Below, piece by piece: positions 18,701-28,166 of a stretch of 55,064 bases of DNA. How positions within the stretch are numbered: the stretch's first letter is position 1; every line of letters starts with the position of its first letter. Under the pieces are notes generated by a model that had not been told where the DNA came from, searched no databases, and saw only the letters and a program-made list of their open reading frames with translations. Source of the stretch: Gammaproteobacteria bacterium (GTDB lineage Bacteria; Pseudomonadota; Gammaproteobacteria; Chromatiales; Chromatiaceae); assembly GCA_020445315.1 (NCBI GenBank), contig JAGRGW010000009.1, positions 1 through 55,064 of the forward strand, given 5' to 3'. A program made the position numbers and the translations under genes.

Positions 18701-19178
18701 CCTGTTCGTAACGTGCCTTGATCTCGGTCGCCCCGGCCTCGGCGACTGACAGGTCCGCCTTGCTCTTCTGCAACAGCTGTTCGGCTTCGTCCAGCGAACG
18801 CCGATCCAGGTCCGGCGTACTGTCGAGGCCGGCCGTGGCCTTGACGGCAAGCTGGTTGCGGGCCTGCTCGATCTCGGCCGGGCCGCTCTCGAGGAACTGC
18901 TCGAAACGCTTCGCAGCCTGGCGATACGCCTCTGCCGATTCCAGCGCCGAACCGGCTACGCGATACAGTTCGTCGAGTTGTGCCTTGATCGCATCATCCA
19001 GCGACGCCGACGCCTTCACTTCGGCGGCGCGCTTCTCGATCAGGTCGGCGGACAGCGCCGAAAGGACGTCGATTGCCGTGGGCGGCACGACAGGCTGCGC
19101 CCACACCGTACCGGCGTTCAGTACGACAATCAGCAGGAGCCCCAAAAGAGGGAACAGGCTCGACACCGAATCGGGCAC
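15762..19178 (-). CDS. MscK/KefA-like large mechanosensitive channel (start uncertain)
   Basis: Long coiled-coil periplasmic region, multi-TM block, MscS core [29 protein letters not shown], and FPQRDVHL. Confidence 0.88.
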   Translation of the reverse strand: [1138 protein letters not shown]

Positions 19179-19356
19179 CACGCCGGATAAAACGTTGGGG
19201 GCGCCTCGACATCTACCCAGATGCACAATCGACTTGATGACGCCTCGATGGGTATGAGGGAAAAAACGACGACGCCCATCTGCAAAAACTTCCATGCGCA
19301 CGACACTCACACCGGGACCAGCACAGGCAGCAACACGTTGCGCCTCGGGAGACCGG

Positions 19357-21042
19357 TTACAGGTAGTAGAACAACAACGACACACCGAGCAGGACTGCGA
19401 CCCAGAGGACCATGCTGCCGGTTGGCCAGGTCCTGGCCGCCGTACTGCCCGGCCCGTGATGCTTGTACAGGCGGTCGATCATGCGCAACACGCCGGCCAG
19501 GGCCTGCTCTTCCCTGGCATCACGCGCAGCGCTGGTGCGCAACGTGAACTCGCCCGCGATCTCCTTGAAGAACTTGCGGTAGAACCAGTCAAAATCCAGG
19601 CTGATCGTCAAGGTGCGGCGCATCTGCTTCAGCATCACGAAAAACGCGAACCCGGCAAACAAAAGGACCTGGAACTGGGTGACGAGGTGATCAACCGTGT
19701 AGGGCTGGTAATCGACCGGGTACGGCAGAATGGCATACAACGGCGCCGGGTAGATGCCGATAGCCAGGCACAGGAACGAGAACAGCCACATGGCGTAACG
19801 CAGGTTGACCGGTGGATCCGGTGGCCTCAGCCCGGAATCCTTCTGGAAGAACACGAACCACGGGAATTTGATGCCGGCATGCAGGAACACGCCCGCGGAT
19901 GCTGCCAGCAACAACAGCCAGACGAGCAGCATGCCCTCGTTCGCGGCTGCCTGGGTCTCCAACGACTTGGTCACGAAACCCGAGGTGAATGGGAACGCCG
20001 ATATGGCCAGTGCGCCGATGATACCGTTGACCGCGGTCACGGGCATGCTCTGGAACAGGCCACCCAGGTCGGTGCATTTGCGCCTTGCCGTCATCAACAG
20101 CACGCTGCCGGCGGACATCAGCAACAGGGCCTTGTAGATGATGTGGGCAAACGCGTGCGCGGCGGCGCCGTTCAGCGCCATTTCGGTGCCGATACCGATC
20201 GCTGCCACCATGAAGCCGACCTGATTGACGATGCTGTAGGCCAGGATGCGGCGCATGTCGTTCTCGAGCAGCGCGTAGATGATGCCGTAGAACACCATGT
20301 ACAGGCCGATCGGCACCAGGATGTCAGCGCCCGGAAACCCGACCAGCAGCGTGAACACAGCGGTCTTGGTCGTGAACGCGGACAGGAACACGGTACCGCT
20401 CGGACTGGCCTCGGGATAGGCGTCGGCGATCCAGGCCGACAGCGGCGGTGCCCCGGCATTGACCAGGAACCCGATCAGGATCAGCACCGTCGGCACGCTG
20501 TCGGGCGTCATCGGCTCGAACGCGAGCGAGCCAGTCGTGCTGACTTGGGCGATGATGCCAATCATCAGGACAACGCCGCCGAGCAGGTGGAGCAGCAGGT
20601 AACGCATACCGGCGCGCTGCGACGACACGGTACTGGCTGCCCAGATCACGGCCGTCGAACCAAGCGCCATGACCTCCCAGAACACGAACAGCGTCAGCAG
20701 GTCACCGGCAAAGGTCACGCCCACCGCCGACCCGGCGTAGACGAAGGCCGCAGTCAGTTCCAGCGTACTGGCCTGACGATAGGCATACAGCCCACCGGCA
20801 AATGCCATGATGGCGAAGATCGTCGCGAACAACCGCCCCTCGGCGGTCGCGCGCACCGGCTCCAGCGTGTAGTCGAGGAAGGTCGTCCGGACCAGGACAC
20901 CGTCCGGCAGCGACCAGACCACCAACAGGGTCAGTACCGGCAGGCCCAGCAGCAACGCGAGACGCCTGCGGTTCGACGTGAACGGTATCAGCAGGCCGCC
21001 AAGTACCAGGACCAGGCCCGGCGGGAACGCGAACTCACTCAT
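19357..21042 (-). CDS. mrpD: Mrp antiporter subunit D-like (third copy)
   Basis: FVFWEVM, PPLSAWIADAYPEA, FTTKTA, RRILAYS, HAFAHIIYKALL (proton-antiporter module motifs). Confidence 0.85.
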   Translation of the reverse strand: MSEFAFPPGLVLVLGGLLIPFTSNRRRLALLLGLPVLTLLVVWSLPDGVLVRTTFLDYTLEPVRATAEGRLFATIFAIMAFAGGLYAYRQASTLELTAAFVYAGSAVGVTFAGDLLTLFVFWEVMALGSTAVIWAASTVSSQRAGMRYLLLHLLGGVVLMIGIIAQVSTTGSLAFEPMTPDSVPTVLILIGFLVNAGAPPLSAWIADAYPEASPSGTVFLSAFTTKTAVFTLLVGFPGADILVPIGLYMVFYGIIYALLENDMRRILAYSIVNQVGFMVAAIGIGTEMALNGAAAHAFAHIIYKALLLMSAGSVLLMTARRKCTDLGGLFQSMPVTAVNGIIGALAISAFPFTSGFVTKSLETQAAANEGMLLVWLLLLAASAGVFLHAGIKFPWFVFFQKDSGLRPPDPPVNLRYAMWLFSFLCLAIGIYPAPLYAILPYPVDYQPYTVDHLVTQFQVLLFAGFAFFVMLKQMRRTLTISLDFDWFYRKFFKEIAGEFTLRTSAARDAREEQALAGVLRMIDRLYKHHGPGSTAARTWPTGSMVLWVAVLLGVSLLFYYL

Positions 21043-21349
21043 CGTAATAAGTGTCCTCGCGCTTCAGGAAGATGCCGAGCACCTTGGCCGCGGCCACCAT
21101 GCCGGCGCAGGCCAGGAAGCCATACCACGCATAGAACCCGAATGTCCCGTCCAGCGTGAAACCCGAGCCGTCGAAATGCGGGTGATGATGGACGAAGAAT
21201 TCCGGCACCAGTGCCAGCGCCAGTATGACGAACTGGAGCAGCCACAGCTTTGGCCGATTATCGCGACGATACAACCAGTGCACGCGGTGCCGGTCGCGGC
21301 CCTCATCGTTCCCTGTCGGCGGCTGTTCGGGCGCGTCGGGTGTCTGCAT
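21035..21349 (-). CDS. Small membrane protein within the mrp operon
   Basis: Overlaps both neighbours; two hydrophobic segments, HHHPHF, FYAWYGFLAC, LKREDTYYDE. Confidence 0.7.
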   Translation of the reverse strand: MQTPDAPEQPPTGNDEGRDRHRVHWLYRRDNRPKLWLLQFVILALALVPEFFVHHHPHFDGSGFTLDGTFGFYAWYGFLACAGMVAAAKVLGIFLKREDTYYDE

Positions 21350-22833
21350 CACAAACCTGCCATCTGCTGAACGAGCGCCAGGGGAACGCCCGGAAAGAAG
21401 AAAACCAGGATGGCGAGCGTCGCGGTCAACATCAATGCCCCCCGCATCGGCCACGAGGCCTCGCCGTGGTCCGGGTGATCGTGATCGTCCTGCCCCGATA
21501 TCGCTGGCGCGTCCTCCGGCTTGAAGAAGGCGGCGTAGACGATCGGCATGAAGTACGCGGTGTTCAATGCCGTCGACACGACGATCACGCCGACCGCGAA
21601 CCAGTGACTGGCATCCAGTGAACCCATCAGCAGGTACCACTTGGAGATGAAACCGGCGACCGGCGGCGCGCCGATCATCGACACCGCGCCGACGGCAAAC
21701 GCGGCCATCGTCCACGGCATGCGCCGGCCGATACCATTGAGTTCACTTACCCGGGACTTGTGGGCGGTCACCAGTATTGCACCGGCACAGAAGAACAGCG
21801 TGATCTTGCCGAACGCGTGCATGGCGATGTGCATGCCGGCACCCACGGCGCCAGCCGCGACGCCGAGCATGGCGCCCAGCACGATGTAGCTGAGCTGGCT
21901 GATCGTCGAGTACGCCAGCCGCGCCTTGAGGTTGTCTTTGCGCAGCGCGATCACCGAGGCCATCAGTATCGTGAACCCGGCCAGCACCATCAGCACGTCG
22001 GCGGCCGCGATCGAAGCCAGGGTATCGATGCCGAACAGGTAGACGGCAACCTTGAGCACCGTGAACACGCCGGCCTTGACCACCGCCACCGCATGCAACA
22101 GGGCGGAAACGGGCGTCGGCGCAACCATCGCGGCCGGCAGCCAGCGATGGAACGGCATCAGCGCGGCCTTGCCGGTGCCGAGTACGAACAGCAACAGCAA
22201 CAGGCTCAGCACGCCGCTGCTCACCTCGGGGCCGAAGATTCCGCCCGGGGTGAACGTCAGCGTCCCGGTCAGGTGCCATGTCCAGATCATCGCCGGCAGC
22301 ATGAAGCCGATCGATGTCGCCATCAGCAGGCCCAGGTAGAGCCTGCCCGCGCGCTTTGCCTCGACGCTGCCCCGGTGGGTCACCAGCGGATAGGTGGCGA
22401 CCGACAGGATCTCGTAGAACACAAACAGCGTCAGCATGTTGCCGGCCATCGCGATACCCATGGCCGAGCCGATCGAGACGGCGAACGCGGTGAAGAAACG
22501 GGTCTGGTTGACCTCGTGGTGGTCACGCATGTAGCCCATGGCGTAGATGGTCGTGATCGGCCACAGCAGGCTCGCGATCAGTGCGAACAGCACCCCGAGC
22601 GGCTCGGGTGTCAGTACCAGTTGCAGACCCTGGATCGGCTCCGCCAGCACCAGCGTCGGCGGTGCGTCCCACGACAGGTCGGCCGCAAGCGACGCCACCA
22701 GCAGGAACAGCAGGATCCCGATGACGAAGCTGACGCCTTCGCGCACGTTGGGCAGTGGGCTCGCGGCCAGCACGGCCAGCGCCCCCAACATCGGCACGAG
22801 CAGGATCAGCAGGAGTTGCAGTTCGCCAGTCAC
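21349..22833 (-). CDS. mrpD: Mrp antiporter subunit D/A-like (second copy)
   Basis: LFVFYE, KAALMPFHRWLPAAMVAPTPVSALLHAVAVVKAG, RLAYSTISQ; the GTG start overlaps the upstream stop. Confidence 0.85.
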   Translation of the reverse strand: MTGELQLLLILLVPMLGALAVLAASPLPNVREGVSFVIGILLFLLVASLAADLSWDAPPTLVLAEPIQGLQLVLTPEPLGVLFALIASLLWPITTIYAMGYMRDHHEVNQTRFFTAFAVSIGSAMGIAMAGNMLTLFVFYEILSVATYPLVTHRGSVEAKRAGRLYLGLLMATSIGFMLPAMIWTWHLTGTLTFTPGGIFGPEVSSGVLSLLLLLFVLGTGKAALMPFHRWLPAAMVAPTPVSALLHAVAVVKAGVFTVLKVAVYLFGIDTLASIAAADVLMVLAGFTILMASVIALRKDNLKARLAYSTISQLSYIVLGAMLGVAAGAVGAGMHIAMHAFGKITLFFCAGAILVTAHKSRVSELNGIGRRMPWTMAAFAVGAVSMIGAPPVAGFISKWYLLMGSLDASHWFAVGVIVVSTALNTAYFMPIVYAAFFKPEDAPAISGQDDHDHPDHGEASWPMRGALMLTATLAILVFFFPGVPLALVQQMAGL

Positions 22834-24314
22834 CCGCCCCCCCCGACCAGGTCGTGCGCAACCCGGCTGGCCAGGCCGACGCTGACATCGGTGTAAAGGC
22901 CAAAGTAAATATTGGCGGCAACCAGCGTCCAGACCGGCACGAGCATCGACAACGGTGCCTCCGCGACCGCCGCCGCGTTGGCCGGCGGCGGCTTGAAATA
23001 GGCCGCCTCGACCAGCTTCCATACGTAGATCAGCGCCAGCAGCGACCCGAACAGGACCAGCATGGCAACCAGCCACAGCCCCTGCTCCAGGGTACCGAGC
23101 ACCAGGTACCACTTACTGACGAAACCCGCCGTCGGCGGCACGCCGATCAGGCTCAGGCCGCCGAGCACGATCGCAGCCGTCGTCCACGGCAGGCGCTGCC
23201 CCATGCCGGCGAACTCGCGTAGCGTGACGGCACCGACACGGTAGGCGACCGCGCCAAGCGCCAGGAACAGCGCCCCTTTCATCAGCGCATGGTTGAACAC
23301 GTGCAGGATGGCAGCCGTCACACCGGTCACGCTGGCCAGCCCGATACCCAGCACCATGTAGCCGATCTGGGCGACGCTCGAGTACGCCAGCATGCGCTTG
23401 AGGTCGCGCTGGAAGACCGCCACCAGCGAACCCGACAGGATGCCGAGCAGACCGAGGAAGACCAGGATCCGGTCGAGCGGCATGGCGTGCAGCGAGAACT
23501 CGACGCCGAAGATCTCGAGCACGAATCGCAGCAGTGCATAGACCGCGACCTTGGTCGCCGTCGCGGCGAGAAATGCCGTTACCGTCGACGGTGCGTAGGC
23601 ATAGGCATTCGGCAGCCACAGGTGCAGCGGGAACAGCGCCAGCTTGAGACCGATACCGACGGTCAGGAAGGCGAAACCGGCACGCACGGTACGCGAATCC
23701 GACACCTCCGGCAGTCGCGCCGCGAGGTCGATCATGTTCAGCGTGCCGGTCATCATGTACAGCATGCCGATCCCGATCAGGATGAAGGTCGCACCGATCG
23801 TACCCATGACCAGGTACTGGAAAGATGCCGACAGCGCGCGACGGTCGCGGCCCATGCTGATCGCGGCATACGAGGCCAGCGACGATATTTCGAGAAACAC
23901 GAACAGGTTGAAGGCGTCGCCGGTCACGGTGATTCCGGCCAGGCCGGCGAACACCAGCAGCAGCGCGGCATAGAATCGCGCGATGCGGTCATGCGGGATC
24001 TCCTGTTCGACGCTGTGACGCGCGAACACCATCACCAGTGCCGCGACCGCGGTGACGATCAACAGGACGTAACCGCCGAGGACGTCAATCCGGAACTCGA
24101 TACCCCAAGGGGCCTCCCAGCCACCGAGGCTGTAGCGCAACGGCCCCTCGGCCGACACCCGCAACAGCAGCATGACCGCAGCACCGAAACTGAACCAGGC
24201 GGCGACCAGCGATGTCAGCCAGGCCGGGCGCGACCGGTCGAGCAGCACGCACACCGGCGCCGACATCAACGGCACGATCACGACCAGGACGGCGAGGTGA
24301 TCCATCGGGTTCAC
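22830..24314 (-). CDS. mrpD: Mrp antiporter subunit D (first copy)
   Basis: GDAFNLFVFLEI, KLALFPLHLWLPNAY, KRMLAYSSVAQIGY, NHALMKGALF. Confidence 0.9.
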   Translation of the reverse strand: MNPMDHLAVLVVIVPLMSAPVCVLLDRSRPAWLTSLVAAWFSFGAAVMLLLRVSAEGPLRYSLGGWEAPWGIEFRIDVLGGYVLLIVTAVAALVMVFARHSVEQEIPHDRIARFYAALLLVFAGLAGITVTGDAFNLFVFLEISSLASYAAISMGRDRRALSASFQYLVMGTIGATFILIGIGMLYMMTGTLNMIDLAARLPEVSDSRTVRAGFAFLTVGIGLKLALFPLHLWLPNAYAYAPSTVTAFLAATATKVAVYALLRFVLEIFGVEFSLHAMPLDRILVFLGLLGILSGSLVAVFQRDLKRMLAYSSVAQIGYMVLGIGLASVTGVTAAILHVFNHALMKGALFLALGAVAYRVGAVTLREFAGMGQRLPWTTAAIVLGGLSLIGVPPTAGFVSKWYLVLGTLEQGLWLVAMLVLFGSLLALIYVWKLVEAAYFKPPPANAAAVAEAPLSMLVPVWTLVAANIYFGLYTDVSVGLASRVAHDLVGGGG

Positions 24315-24715
24315 GTGCGCGGCGACTCCCCGCTGCCCCCGGACCGGCCCGTCGCCTTGTCGGCGGCATTATCCCGCGCCTGGATTTCGTCCTCTTCGAC
24401 GCTGCCGTAGGCCTCGTTGATCCGGACGACCAGCGCCAGGCCGACAGCGGTCGTGGCGACGCCGACGACAATGGCGGTCAGGATCAACACGTGCGGCAGC
24501 GGGTTCGAATAGACGGTCACACCTTCGGCCAGGATCGGGGCGTGACCGTCGGCGACCTTGCCCATCGAGATGTAGAAGATGAACACCGAGGTCTGGAAGA
24601 GCGAAAGACCGACGAGTTTCTTGACCAGGTTGCCCTGCGAAATGACGACGTAGAACCCGGCCATCATCAGGAACACGGCGATCCAGTAGTTGTAAAGGCC
24701 CGGCAAACCGCTCAC
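24311..24715 (-). CDS. mrpC: Mrp antiporter subunit C
   Basis: NLVKKLVGL and NPLPHVLILTAIVVGVAT. Confidence 0.9.
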   Translation of the reverse strand: MSGLPGLYNYWIAVFLMMAGFYVVISQGNLVKKLVGLSLFQTSVFIFYISMGKVADGHAPILAEGVTVYSNPLPHVLILTAIVVGVATTAVGLALVVRINEAYGSVEEDEIQARDNAADKATGRSGGSGESPRT

Positions 24716-25683
24716 GAAGCCTTTCTCCGCCCGGAAAGTGCGTAGAAGATCGCCAGTACGATCGAGAACACCGTGATACCGACACCGAGTTCAACCAGCA
24801 ACACCCCAAGGTGCTGGCCGTGGACCGGGTCGTGCGCCAGTGCCGAGTAGTCGAGAAACGGCTTGCCGGCAAACAGCGCATACAGGCCAACAGCGCCGTA
24901 CAGCAACACGCCCAGCGCACCGAGTCGGTGGAGCCATGACGGCGGCACGACAAGGCGCGCGTCACCCTCGCCGAAGACCAGGTCGTACAGAACGAAAGCG
25001 GTCGCCAGGATCACCCCTGCCTGGAATCCCCCGCCGGCGCCGAAGTCACCGTGGAACTGAACGTACAGGGCATACAGCAGGATCAGCGGGATCACCATCT
25101 TCACGACGACGCGCAGGACCAACTGGTCGCCGATCGCCGTACGGCCAGGCCGCGTCTCCGGACCCTCCTGTATACCGAGCAGCAACAGGACCGCGATACC
25201 GGCCGTGAAAATGACGAAGGTCTCGCCGAAGGTGTCGAATCCCCGGTAACTGGCCAGCACCGCCGTGACCATGTTCGGCATGCCGACCTCCACCGGCCCC
25301 TGCTCGATGTAGCGCGGTGCGACGTGCTGCTGCACGGGTGCCGCCGGGTCACCGAGCAATGGCGCATCCAGCGTGCCGTAGATCAGCGCCGCACCGGTGA
25401 TGCCGACCACGATCAGCGGCAATAGCGGGCCGTGCGACGGTCGCCGCTCCCAGCGCCCGGTCAGGCGCAGCGTCGACAGCATCAGCACCCCGGTAACACC
25501 CGCACCGACCGCTGCCTCGGTAAACGCGACATCGACCGCGTCGAGGTCCATGAACAGCGCGGCGGTCATGAGACTGTAGACGGAGAACAGCATGACGACG
25601 ATGAACAGATCCCGCATGCGAATCGCGGCCAGCGCGATCAGCACCAGGAAGGCAAGAAGGACCACGTCGATCAGGCCTTCGAT
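24712..25683 (-). CDS. mrpB: Mrp antiporter subunit B (DUF4040 plus MnhB fusion); start ATC 25683 or GTG 25665
   Basis: DVAFTEAAVGAG, NMVTAVLASYRGFDTFGE, HGDFGAGGGFQAG. Confidence 0.88.
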   Translation of the reverse strand: MEGLIDVVLLAFLVLIALAAIRMRDLFIVVMLFSVYSLMTAALFMDLDAVDVAFTEAAVGAGVTGVLMLSTLRLTGRWERRPSHGPLLPLIVVGITGAALIYGTLDAPLLGDPAAPVQQHVAPRYIEQGPVEVGMPNMVTAVLASYRGFDTFGETFVIFTAGIAVLLLLGIQEGPETRPGRTAIGDQLVLRVVVKMVIPLILLYALYVQFHGDFGAGGGFQAGVILATAFVLYDLVFGEGDARLVVPPSWLHRLGALGVLLYGAVGLYALFAGKPFLDYSALAHDPVHGQHLGVLLVELGVGITVFSIVLAIFYALSGRRKAS

Positions 25684-26009
25684 GACGTTTCTCCCTGCCC
25701 GTTACCGTTACCTATCTGCGGCTCTTGTCCGCCGTGCAGTGCCGCCTTGGCCATGGCATGTGTGGCCGTGGGGTTGGTGGCCAGGACCAGGATCATGATG
25801 AACAGTACCTTCAGCAGATCGAGCGACCAGGGCATCTGCAACATGATGCCGGCCAGCAGCAACGGCGCGGCCAGGGTCTCGGTCAGACCCGCGGCATGCA
25901 CGCGTGAAAAGAAATCCGGCAGGCGCAGCAGGCCGATACCGCCGGTGACGCAAAGGAAACCGCCCACCAACAGGCAGAAACCGCTCAGTATCTCCAGCAA
26001 CAGCATCAC
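25671..26009 (-). CDS. mrpG: Mrp antiporter subunit G
   Basis: GLLRLPDFFSRVHAAG and NPTATHAMAKAA. Confidence 0.9.
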   Translation of the reverse strand: MMLLLEILSGFCLLVGGFLCVTGGIGLLRLPDFFSRVHAAGLTETLAAPLLLAGIMLQMPWSLDLLKVLFIMILVLATNPTATHAMAKAALHGGQEPQIGNGNGQGETSSKA

Positions 26010-26287
26010 CGCGCGCCACCGTTGTCGGCTTCTTCGGTATCACTGCCGTACTCGAAAAAGCGCATGACGGCGATCGTGCCGACGAAGTTGACCAACGCGT
26101 AGAGCAGGGCGATATCGAGGAAGCTGTGCCATTGCAGGGCATACCCGCCGAGTGCGATCAGCAGTACCGTCTTGGTACCAAACAGGTTGGCCGCGAGGAT
26201 GCGATCGTAGACCGAAGGGCCCTGGAAGGCCCGCACCAGCGCCAGCACCATCGTCACCAGCACGGCAAGGATTGCAGCGTCCAGCAC
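26006..26287 (-). CDS. mrpF: Mrp antiporter subunit F
   Basis: RAFQGPSVYDRILA and DIALLYALVNFVGT. Confidence 0.9.
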   Translation of the reverse strand: MLDAAILAVLVTMVLALVRAFQGPSVYDRILAANLFGTKTVLLIALGGYALQWHSFLDIALLYALVNFVGTIAVMRFFEYGSDTEEADNGGAR

Positions 26288-26292
26288 GACCG

Positions 26293-26760
26293 TCAGATCC
26301 CGAGACGGCGAATGCGTCGCTGCATCTCGCCCCCGCGCAGTTCGTCGATGTCTTCCTGGTTCAGCGCATGGACGAGAAAGTGGTCATCGCGCACATCCGT
26401 CGTCAGGGTGCCCGGGGTCAGCGTGATGGAATTCGCGTAAAGCGTCTTCTCCAGCGGCGTCTCGACCTCTGTTTCGAGTCGCGCCCAGACCGGCCTGACC
26501 GGCAGCGACGGCGACCAGATACGCCGCGCGACATCGACGTTGGACTTGATGACACACCACAACAGCCAGGCCAGGTAGCCGAACAGCCCCGCGCTTGGCG
26601 TCAACCTGTTCGGTTCCCCGTCGACACGGTCCATGCGGTACACCAACCAGATCGACACGACCACCGAGACGGCGCCCAGCGACAGCAGCAACGGCGTGTA
26701 ATGCCCGGAAAGGGCGATCCAGAAGACGGCCAGGAAGATGGCAGCAACCACGTATCGCAT
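26293..26760 (-). CDS. mrpE: Mrp antiporter subunit E
   Basis: KSNVDVARRI, ANSITLTPGT, LVHAL. Confidence 0.9.
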   Translation of the reverse strand: MRYVVAAIFLAVFWIALSGHYTPLLLSLGAVSVVVSIWLVYRMDRVDGEPNRLTPSAGLFGYLAWLLWCVIKSNVDVARRIWSPSLPVRPVWARLETEVETPLEKTLYANSITLTPGTLTTDVRDDHFLVHALNQEDIDELRGGEMQRRIRRLGI

Positions 26761-26887
26761 CGTTGACTCGTGCGGTCCAGGGTTTGGTGGAAACCAGGCT
26801 TTTACGACATCCCGTGAACCTCGACGTTACCCAAAGCCGGTGACGAAGGCAACGACGGGTCCGGCGCAGGCGCGCCGCGCGATCCAG

Positions 26888-27652
26888 TCAACGATGCAGG
26901 AACTCGTGCATCTCGCGCCAGTACTGCTCGACGTCGGCGAGACCGTTGTGACCGGCCGCCGCGATCGTGACATGTTCGACAGGCGCCGCGACGAGGGCCT
27001 CGACGAGCGCCAGCGAGTGCCGTGGCGGCACGACGCGGTCGTGCTCGGCAATCAGCACCTTGGTCGGCACCGTCACATCGGCCGCGTAGCGCACGCTCTC
27101 GTAACGGTCCTTCAGCAGCCAGTCGACCGGGAACACCGGGTACATCGCCCTTGCCAGCGCGACGGCGCTGTCCGGCGGTGTCGCGAGCACCAAACGCTCG
27201 GCCGAGCGCCGGCTGGCCAGGTAGACCGCAACCGCGCTGCCGAGACTGCGCCCGATCACGGCGACCGAGTCGTGGCGGCTGTCGACCAGGTCGAATATTC
27301 GCAGGGCATCTTCGAACAGGCCGCGCTCGGTCGGCCGCCCCTCGCTGCCGCCGTACCCGCGATAATTGACCAGGTAAACGCGGTGCTGGGCAAACAGGCG
27401 GCGGAAATCCCCGGCATTGAAATAGACGTTCTCGGCATTGCCACCGAAGTAGATCAGGGCACGCGACGCCCGTGGATCGCCGAGGGTCCACAGTTTGAGC
27501 CGTGGCCCGCCGCTGTCCAGGTATTCGTAATCGACGTCGCCGGAAGCCACCTCCGGCGTGGGGAAGTACATCAGCGACCGCTGCGCCAGGTAGAGATAGC
27601 CTGCCACACCGAGATAGGCCAGCACACCGATCTTGATGACCCAGGCCAGCAC
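26888..27652 (-). CDS. Alpha/beta-fold hydrolase with N-terminal membrane anchor
   Basis: YFGGNAE, NYRGYGGS, GRSLG nucleophile motif, DRVVP, GHN. Confidence 0.88.
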   Translation of the reverse strand: MLAWVIKIGVLAYLGVAGYLYLAQRSLMYFPTPEVASGDVDYEYLDSGGPRLKLWTLGDPRASRALIYFGGNAENVYFNAGDFRRLFAQHRVYLVNYRGYGGSEGRPTERGLFEDALRIFDLVDSRHDSVAVIGRSLGSAVAVYLASRRSAERLVLATPPDSAVALARAMYPVFPVDWLLKDRYESVRYAADVTVPTKVLIAEHDRVVPPRHSLALVEALVAAPVEHVTIAAAGHNGLADVEQYWREMHEFLHR

Positions 27653-27661
27653 CGGAGCGAA

Positions 27662-28099
27662 TTACCTCGGCTCGACCGTTGCCGCGCCCTCACCGCCGAT
27701 CCGGGTGGCGAAAAACCCGATCACCAGGCCGACCAGCACGCCCTCGAGCACGAACCAGAACGGCGACTGCAGCGGGCCGTCGACACCGGACACGTGCTGC
27801 AGGAACGCCTGCAGGGTGTCGTACGTGAACAGGGTCAGGACGAAGTTCATCCAACCACCGATCAGTGGGGCACGCACCCACCAGGGCAGCGGCAGGCGCA
27901 GGACGGGATGCCAGTCGTAGACACCGAACACGCCGATGATCGCACCCAGCATCGTGTACCAGAACAGGACGCCCCAGCGCAGCATCAGCTCCGAACCCGG
28001 CCAGAGGTACGGCAGCAGCACGAACCCGGCGAGCCCGAACAACAGCCCGATGACCTTGCCGACGATGATTCGGGTCGTCAGTGACGGCTTGTGGAGCAT
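27662..28099 (-). CDS. Hypothetical four-TM membrane protein
   Basis: GGAG RBS; four hydrophobic segments; ends TRIGGEG. Confidence 0.75.
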   Translation of the reverse strand: MLHKPSLTTRIIVGKVIGLLFGLAGFVLLPYLWPGSELMLRWGVLFWYTMLGAIIGVFGVYDWHPVLRLPLPWWVRAPLIGGWMNFVLTLFTYDTLQAFLQHVSGVDGPLQSPFWFVLEGVLVGLVIGFFATRIGGEGAATVEPR

Positions 28100-28166
28100 A
28101 CGCGTCTCCCGTTTCGGGGCATGGCTTCAGCATAGGCCCGCCTGGAGCCCGCTGCCATGACCGGGA

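Noticed and set aside
19294-21159. 621-aa plus-strand ORF
   Set aside because: Antisense shadow of mrpD, typical of high-GC coding DNA; no motifs.
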